Of a stretch of 32,000 nt of DNA, positions 26,835-32,000 are shown one piece after another (position 1 is the stretch's first letter; each line of letters opens with the position of its first letter). Origin of the DNA: Nostoc punctiforme PCC 73102. GTDB taxonomy: Bacteria; Cyanobacteriota; Cyanobacteriia; Cyanobacteriales; Nostocaceae. A model generated the notes under the pieces. The model made no database searches. It saw only the letters and a program-made list of their open reading frames with translations, and had not been told where the DNA came from. A program made the position numbers and the translations under genes. The stretch is taken from positions 7,620,001-7,652,000 of the forward strand of contig NC_010628.1 in NCBI RefSeq assembly GCF_000020025.1. The letters are read 5' to 3'.

Positions 26835-27081
26835 AGTCGATGCAATGAGTGACGAAGACATCGACACCTCAGATATTCCACCATTATCAGAAGAATTTTT
26901 TGCTAAAGCACAATTGCGAATGCCCAAGTCACCTGTAACAATAACAGTTAAGGTAGATCCTGAAACATTTGCTTGGTTCAAAGAGCAGGGAGAAACTGCC
27001 GAACAGCAGATGGCTGTAGCATTAAAGATTTACGCAGAAGCACACAAAGCTTATCCAGCGTCTGAGGCGAAGTCAACCTAA
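26803..27081 (+). CDS. brnA: BrnA family antitoxin (DUF4415)
   Basis: SKTDWVRVDAMSDEDIDTSDIPPLSEEFFAKA plus VTITVKVDPETFAWFKEQG fit BrnA/DUF4415. It overlaps brnT by 32 nt, the usual toxin-first arrangement. Confidence 0.8.
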   Translation: MNNTSKTDWVRVDAMSDEDIDTSDIPPLSEEFFAKAQLRMPKSPVTITVKVDPETFAWFKEQGETAEQQMAVALKIYAEAHKAYPASEAKST

Positions 27082-27195
27082 TATAATACTAAATTGGATG
27101 TCTTTAACCTGCGATCGCAATTATTCCAGCCTAGCATCTGGGTGTAGCAAAAGGGCAATCGCAATTATCCAAAGTTCACATAACAGCACCTAAGT

Positions 27196-27912
27196 TTAGC
27201 AATTTTGGGTTAGTTGTAGCTTCAGGTAATCAATGAAATCCAGAATTTCTGCATCACTGAGTTGTAGACGCGATCGCTTACCATATTTCTGCTGCAAATA
27301 ATCCCTTCCCTGCTCTGGAGTCCAATTTAATTGGGCTAAATATGTGTCAGTTTTAGCTATAAAAACATCACGCGGTTCAGGCGTTTTTATATTGTCGCTT
27401 GCTTCGGATTGAGATTGATTATTATCTTGATTATAATTGTGAATTTTATTAATTTTTAAACTTACTTTTTGTCCTAAAGCTTGCCAGTCTAATTCCTTAT
27501 GTCCATCCCAACTAACACCTACAGAACGGTAAGTTATTGGATCGTAAATTTTACAAAAAACCACATTACTATCTCCAGGACTAACGGCGATCGTTAGTGG
27601 ATTATACAATTCTTTATAAGTAAGGGTATCTAAAGATAACAATAAACTTTTAGAAAAGAAAGAGTCGGTACCTGAACGGATAATATAAGGTTTATCTGCC
27701 AAAATATATAAATCGTTTTTTTCAACTGGCCCGAATTTAGTTTCAACCTTTTTATTAACTTCTATCTCTGTAATTACCCCAGTCAAGGCTCTTTCATAAA
27801 TTGGGATGCGTTTTTCATCTTCAGCAAGCATATACCAGCAATGATCCGATTCTTTGCTGATAAAGACATATTGAGGTTTTGGGACTGCTCCAAATCCTAG
27901 TTTAACTTCCAT
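27196..27912 (-). CDS. hypothetical protein, no family recognised
   Basis: 238-aa ORF with three parts: a beta-rich N-terminal region of about 155 aa, an Asn/Gln/Ser-rich linker (NYNQDNNQSQSEASDN), and a helical tail of about 55 aa (LNWTPEQGRDYLQQKYGKRSRLQLSDAEILDFIDYLK). The DNA looks AT-rich by eye. Confidence 0.6.
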   Translation of the reverse strand: MEVKLGFGAVPKPQYVFISKESDHCWYMLAEDEKRIPIYERALTGVITEIEVNKKVETKFGPVEKNDLYILADKPYIIRSGTDSFFSKSLLLSLDTLTYKELYNPLTIAVSPGDSNVVFCKIYDPITYRSVGVSWDGHKELDWQALGQKVSLKINKIHNYNQDNNQSQSEASDNIKTPEPRDVFIAKTDTYLAQLNWTPEQGRDYLQQKYGKRSRLQLSDAEILDFIDYLKLQLTQNC

Positions 27913-28061
27913 ATTTTTGATGCAGGTTTTGATAAATATATTTATTTAGCAACAAGTCATTACGATTTATACCGTTAAGCTATTAGTTGCTTATAAATAT
28001 AATTCCCTACCCAGGAAGCTAATTAACATTAAGACAGTAAAAATTACGAAATTTGGTGAAT

Positions 28062-28784
28062 CTATAACAAAGTTTCTGGATCGAGACCAAGCGCATTCAA
28101 CCTTTCAATTAACATTTTCACTTTTTGTTCTGCTTCTACTCGTCGCTCTTCTTCAAAAGCTGCACGTTCTTCCGCTTCTCTAATACGTTCTTCTGGTGTG
28201 AGCAACTTTTGCCCTTCCTCGTCATACCAGTACAGCCATTCTCGGACTATACCTTGATAAATTCCTCGTTCTCGCCCAATTCCTAAACCAATTTCTGGTA
28301 GCCAAACGGGATTTCCTGACATTAAGATATATTCCCCATCAACTAGGTGATACACCTCCAAAGGTGTCTTTTTCCGGCGAAGGGGACTATACACAACATA
28401 GTACAAAATTCCTAATTCTTTGGCATAGAGTTCTTTCTTGCTGCTATGTTCTTCCCGATATATTTGAGAAACAACTTCTAGTGCTAAAGTTGGCAGCTTT
28501 TTTTCTTCCCATAGCACATAACTTAGGCGTAAGTCCTCATCAATTACACGTTTAACTCCTAAGCTGAGAAACCCATCAGGGACAATTGCTGGTTTGTCCG
28601 GGTGATAATAAATACCCATGTCAACACCAAAAAACCAATCCCAACGATCGCACCAAACTAAAGCCAGTGTCGTTTTCAGCAAGCCGGGAATTAAATTTTG
28701 GACTTCATTATCCACAGGGGTATCATTTGAGTCGGGTAACTCTTCGGAAGATGGCAAACAATGTAGCGGATTGTAGTTTAACAT
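28062..28784 (-). CDS. Uma2 family (DUF820) PD-(D/E)XK-fold endonuclease with C-terminal coiled coil
   Basis: PTLALEVVSQIYREEHSSKKELYAKELGILYYVVYSP fits the Uma2 core. The C-terminal EERIREAEERAAFEEERRVEAEQKV tail is common in cyanobacterial members. The start is placed at ATG 28784 (MLNYNPLH...) rather than TTG 28847. Confidence 0.8.
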   Translation of the reverse strand: MLNYNPLHCLPSSEELPDSNDTPVDNEVQNLIPGLLKTTLALVWCDRWDWFFGVDMGIYYHPDKPAIVPDGFLSLGVKRVIDEDLRLSYVLWEEKKLPTLALEVVSQIYREEHSSKKELYAKELGILYYVVYSPLRRKKTPLEVYHLVDGEYILMSGNPVWLPEIGLGIGRERGIYQGIVREWLYWYDEEGQKLLTPEERIREAEERAAFEEERRVEAEQKVKMLIERLNALGLDPETLL

Positions 28785-28872
28785 GAGCGGTTTTGCCAAA
28801 TCTGATTCTAGATAGATTGTAAGTAATCTATGGATGTGCGATCGCAACGCCAGAATAAAGAACCATTTTTAG

Positions 28873-28901
28873 CCTAGGCGTAGCCCGATCTAGACATCGC
28901 C
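28873..28901. repeat. small dispersed hairpin repeat (AGGCG...CGCCT type)
   Basis: CTAGGCGTAGCCCGATCTAGACATCGCCT. Its reverse complement GCGATGTCTAGATCGGGCTACGCC resembles GCGATGTCTACGACAAGCCGC at about 31491. Confidence 0.55.
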
Positions 28902-29161
28902 TTGTGTCTCTCTTCTCAGTATTAAAATACTTCCAAGTGTAAAATATTTACATTAGATTCATGGGTTTTCGGTACTGACTACCAGAGTGTCTAATTCACA
29001 ATAGCAAAAAAGAGTGAAATATTGTTCAACTAGAACATTCCAGAAGTCGCAGGTATTCAATTTCATGGTGAATTCGGTAGCTGGGCTGATTAGCTATACC
29101 TACCAAGAGAAAAAGTTTTTTCTCAACCTTGACTCCGAAAATATGGCGTATCTGAAACTTA

Positions 29162-29404
29162 AATGTTAACGATCGCACTGATTTTGATAGCCCTTGGAAA
29201 TAAATTATAGAAGCTTATTTTTCCCAAGCAATGCATTTATTTTTTCCAGAAACTTTTACATTAATTGATTGGTAACGTTCCTAAGAATTTCTAGATAAAG
29301 AATTGAAATTTTTAAATCAATTAGAAACCCTTGGCGAAGCTTTATTAGATTTTACTGCTATGGAAGATTTACTTAACTAGTTACAAACAAATCAATTAGC
29401 TTAA
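29162..29404 (+). pseudogene. decayed, internally deleted remnant of a cyanobacterial DYDSPWKE.../DUF4351-type gene (Rpn-like putative nuclease/transposase family)
   Basis: A single frame reads NVNDRTDFDSPWK*IIEAYFSQAMHLFFPETFTLIDW*RS*EFLDKELKFLNQLETLGEALLDFTAMEDLLN*LQTNQLA*. In-frame stops lie at 29201, 29273, 29282 and 29378. The N-terminal family motif is joined directly to the C-terminal LExLGEALLDF motif. Confidence 0.6.
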
Positions 29405-29418
29405 AATCCAAAACACTT

Positions 29419-29444
29419 GTAGAGACGGCGATTTATCGTGTCTC
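29419..29444. repeat. small hairpin repeat GTAGAGACGGCGATTTATCGTGTCTC
   Basis: GAGAC ... GTCTC arms surround a GCGATTTATCG core, a motif type I recall as dispersed in Nostoc genomes. Only one copy lies in this window. Confidence 0.4.
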
Positions 29445-29613
29445 AAAAACCCAAGATTTTGTACAAGTAGCGCTTAACCCAAGCGTATTGGCTTAAAATC
29501 TATTTTTATGGAAATTAGAAAAAATACATCTACTCACTTCCCCCATACGGTTTTTTTAACTTAGTTCGATGCTTTATTTTTTACTTTACTGAATCAAAAT
29601 TTACGAGTGAGTA

Positions 29614-29642
29614 ACAAAAAAGGCAGGTTTTATACCTGCCTT
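29614..29642 (-). terminator. rho-independent terminator of ndhD
   Basis: On the minus strand the stem AGGCAGGT / ACCTGCCT (29621-29628 / 29634-29641) has a 5-nt loop and is followed by TTTTTTGTT. It lies about 40 nt downstream of the ndhD stop. Confidence 0.75.
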
Positions 29643-29680
29643 CAAAGCAAACAGTATTACAACTAAACCAGCGATCGCAA

Positions 29681-31261
29681 CTAATTAGCGATTGGAGGCG
29701 CACTCAAAGAAACCTTTAGTGCATCGTCTTTTTGCTGTGCTAATGTCGGCACGGAATCACGCAATCTTGCTGTCAATTGTACAGTTGTAGCGTCGTACAT
29801 CTGAGTCAGCAATTTTGGATAAAAACCAATACCAATAATTGGAATTAACAAACAGGCAATGATAAATACTTCACGGGGTTCGGCATCTATCAAAGCTTGG
29901 TGAGAAACTAATTCCTCGTTCTCTTTACCGTAGAAAATTTCTCGTAACATCGACAGCAGATAAATCGGAGTTAAAATTACTCCCACTGCCATCAAGAACA
30001 CCACGATAACTTTGAAGGTAGAGCTATAAGCATCGCTAGTAGCAAAGCCCACAAATACCATCAATTCTGCTACGAAACCGCTCATCCCTGGCAGTGCCAA
30101 AGAAGCCATTGAACAAGTGGTGAACATGGCGAAAATCTTCGGCATTCTCTTCGCAACACCGCCCATTTCATCCAACATCAGGGTGTGTGTGCGATCGTAA
30201 GTTGCGCCAACCAGGAAGAACAAACTCGCCCCAATTAATCCGTGGGAAACCATTTGTAACACTGCCCCACTCAATCCCAAATCGGTGAAGGAGGCAATAC
30301 CAATCATCACAAAGCCCATGTGGGAAATTGAGGAGTAGGCAATTTTCCGCTTCAGGTTGCGCTGGGCAAAGGATGTCAAAGCAGCGTAGATGATATTAAC
30401 TACCCCCAAAACCACCAACACTGGTGCAAAAAGAGCGTGAGCATCAGGGAGCATTTGGGCATTCATCCGAATTAAGGCGTAACCGCCCATTTTCAAGAGA
30501 ATACCTGCTAATAACATGTGTACAGGGGCTGTCGCTTCACCGTGGGCATCAGGTAGCCAGGTGTGCAACGGAATAATCGGCAACTTGACGGCGTAGGCAA
30601 TCAGGAAGCCAGCATAGACGGCAAGTTGGAAATTGAGGGCAAAGTCTTTTAAACCGAGCGATCGCATGTCAAACGTCACCGTATCGCCGTAAAATCCCAT
30701 TGTCAGGGCAGACAGCAAAATAAACAGCGAACCGCCTGCGGTGTATAAAATAAATTTAGTCGCTGCATACTGCCGTCTTTTGCCTCCCCAAATCGACAGC
30801 AGAAAGTAGATCGGTACTAGTTCCAGTTCCCACACCAGGAAAAATAACAGCATATCCTGGACAGCGAACACGGCAATCTGACCGCCATACATAGCCAAAA
30901 TCAAGAAGTAAAATAGCTTCGGCTTGAAGGTGACAGGCCAAGCTGCTAATATCGCCAGCGTGGTAATGAATCCAGTCAAAATAATTAGGGGCATAGATAA
31001 GCCATCTGCCCCTACTGACCAATTCAAATCTAGTTGGGGTACCCAGGGGTAACTCTCCACCAACTGCAAATCTGGATTGGAGAAATCATACCTAGTATAA
31101 AAAGCATAAACAATTAGTGCAAAATCGATCAGCCCTACGATGAGGGAGTACCAGCGCACTGTTTTGCCTTCTTTATCCGGGATGATGGGAATCAGTAGTG
31201 AAGCGGCTATCGGCAACAGAATAATCGTCGTCAGCCACGGAAAATTAGCTGTATTCATCAC
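29681..31261 (-). CDS. ndhD: NAD(P)H-quinone oxidoreductase (NDH-1) subunit 4, NdhD
   Basis: 526-aa polytopic ORF. N-terminus [18 protein letters not shown]..., plus [23 protein letters not shown] and other complex-I chain M/NdhD hallmarks. Confidence 0.93.
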   Translation of the reverse strand: MMNTANFPWLTTIILLPIAASLLIPIIPDKEGKTVRWYSLIVGLIDFALIVYAFYTRYDFSNPDLQLVESYPWVPQLDLNWSVGADGLSMPLIILTGFITTLAILAAWPVTFKPKLFYFLILAMYGGQIAVFAVQDMLLFFLVWELELVPIYFLLSIWGGKRRQYAATKFILYTAGGSLFILLSALTMGFYGDTVTFDMRSLGLKDFALNFQLAVYAGFLIAYAVKLPIIPLHTWLPDAHGEATAPVHMLLAGILLKMGGYALIRMNAQMLPDAHALFAPVLVVLGVVNIIYAALTSFAQRNLKRKIAYSSISHMGFVMIGIASFTDLGLSGAVLQMVSHGLIGASLFFLVGATYDRTHTLMLDEMGGVAKRMPKIFAMFTTCSMASLALPGMSGFVAELMVFVGFATSDAYSSTFKVIVVFLMAVGVILTPIYLLSMLREIFYGKENEELVSHQALIDAEPREVFIIACLLIPIIGIGFYPKLLTQMYDATTVQLTARLRDSVPTLAQQKDDALKVSLSAPPIAN

Positions 31262-31487
31262 AATTCGTCTGCTATCAAAATCATGTTTGGCAAAAAGTCA
31301 CTAGTTATTAAGTAACAGCTTTTTGAGGATTTCGTCTTCCTCGTTAGGTTGATTTAATTAAATTAGCAATCCCCTATTTTTTCTCTTGAGAGTCTTTTTT
31401 GATATTTGCGGATGCGGGATGTGCGTTGTGATACTCCCAGTCAAGTCAAAAATTTACCCTAAAAAGGTTGGTAAAATTATAGTTTAG

Positions 31488-31600
31488 GGGTGCGATGTCT
31501 ACGACAAGCCGCTGACGCTCCTTCTCTGCAAGACGCTGCGCGAACGTCGCTACCGCTTCGCTAATGCGTCTACGCGTAGTCCAACCCATCGCTAAAAATA
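31488..31600. repeat. GC-rich dispersed repeat block
   Basis: GCGATGTCTACGACAAGCCGCTGACGCTCCTTCTCTGCAAGACGCTGCGCGAACGTCGCTACCGCTTCGC shares sub-motifs with 13676-13710 and with the reverse complement of 28873-28901. Confidence 0.6.
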
Positions 31601-31795
31601 CACGATGCTGTTTGGTGGTTGTTGAAAAAAGCGATTTTGTGCAAAAAAAGCATAGCACGAGGAATAACCATAATGATAATCGCACAAATTGAAAGCCATT
31701 TTCCCGGCTTGAAAGCTTTGGGACTAGAGTAAACAATTTGATTGAGTTTTTTTTAGTAAAATAGACAGGGAAAGTTGATAAAGGAAACTCGAATT

Positions 31796-32000
31796 ATGTC
31801 ATCTCCAGCGATCGCTACTGTAATTAAGATGATGGAATCTTTATCTGAAGATGTGCAAGAAAGAGTTGCAGAACATCTCCGAGAGTACCTGGAAGATTTG
31901 CAAGATGAATTGAAATGGAGTAAATCATTTAAGAAAACTCAACAACAACTCATTGCATCTGCCCAATCCGCTAAAAGAGAAATTGCAAAAGGACTTGCAA
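31796..32000 (+). CDS. small helical protein, possibly antitoxin-like; 3'-partial at the window edge
   Basis: ATG 31796 opens a frame that runs to the window end (MSSPAIATVIKMMESLSEDVQERVAEHLREYLEDLQDELKWSKSFKKTQQQLIASAQSAKREIAKGLA). It is absent from the ORF track because no stop falls in the window. The functional guess is from memory of similar cyanobacterial TA partners. Confidence 0.55.
   Translation, partial: MSSPAIATVIKMMESLSEDVQERVAEHLREYLEDLQDELKWSKSFKKTQQQLIASAQSAKREIAKGLA

Noticed and set aside
27114-27170. 11-nt direct repeat ATCGCAATTAT (27114-27124 and 27158-27168) in the convergent gap after brnA, considered as a possible att-like duplication
   Set aside because: It is too short, partly HIP1-derived (GCGATCGC), and the copies are only about 30 nt apart. 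It does not flank anything.
28785-28847. TTG-initiated 21-codon extension of the Uma2 ORF
   Set aside because: The internal ATG at 28784 gives a typical Uma2 N-terminus. The extension is unsupported, though it cannot be excluded without homologues.
31446-31736. 96-aa minus-strand ORF upstream of ndhD
   Set aside because: It spans the dispersed repeat at 31488-31600. The sequence is not protein-like and no ribosome-binding context is evident.

Overview
This 32-kb window looks like chromosomal DNA from a filamentous Nostocales-type cyanobacterium. The evidence is the many HIP1 palindromes (GCGATCGC, e.g. 450-457 and 1385-1392), the STRR-like heptamer repeats, and the gene content (ndhD, an SLH/OprB-type porin, a PacL-like P-type ATPase). 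No database search, alignment or composition calculation was possible, so every family name comes from motifs read in the translations and from memory.

Most of the window is ordinary core genome: a cbiM-cbiQ-cbiO ECF Co/Ni transporter, a lipoprotein, a porin, a Pro/Thr-repeat secreted protein, a DUF1361 membrane protein, a PpsA-like PEP-utilising enzyme, MgtC, an acyltransferase-3 protein, recF, a Ca-type P-type ATPase, a transglutaminase-core protein, a Cas4/RecB-like Fe-S nuclease, a phosphohexomutase, a DUF1049 protein and ndhD.

Two parts stand out.
1. 8.48-10.5 kb: an eRF1/Pelota-like (baeRF-type) gene is closely followed by a secreted protein gene.
2. About 25.3-29.4 kb: an accessory patch of selfish or defence-like small modules sits directly after core genes. 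It contains DUF433 plus a DUF5615 PIN-like gene plus a solo BrnA-type gene, a frameshifted DUF29 pseudogene, brnT-brnA, an AT-rich orphan 238-aa gene, a Uma2 nuclease, and a nonsense-riddled, internally deleted DUF4351-type remnant.

The intergenic regions carry several dispersed repeat families: G-rich heptamers with G-quadruplex potential, MITE-like inverted repeats and small hairpin repeats. These repeats generate several spurious ORFs in the supplied track, including a false N-terminal extension of recF. I found no rRNA, tRNA, CRISPR array, transposase or integrase gene.
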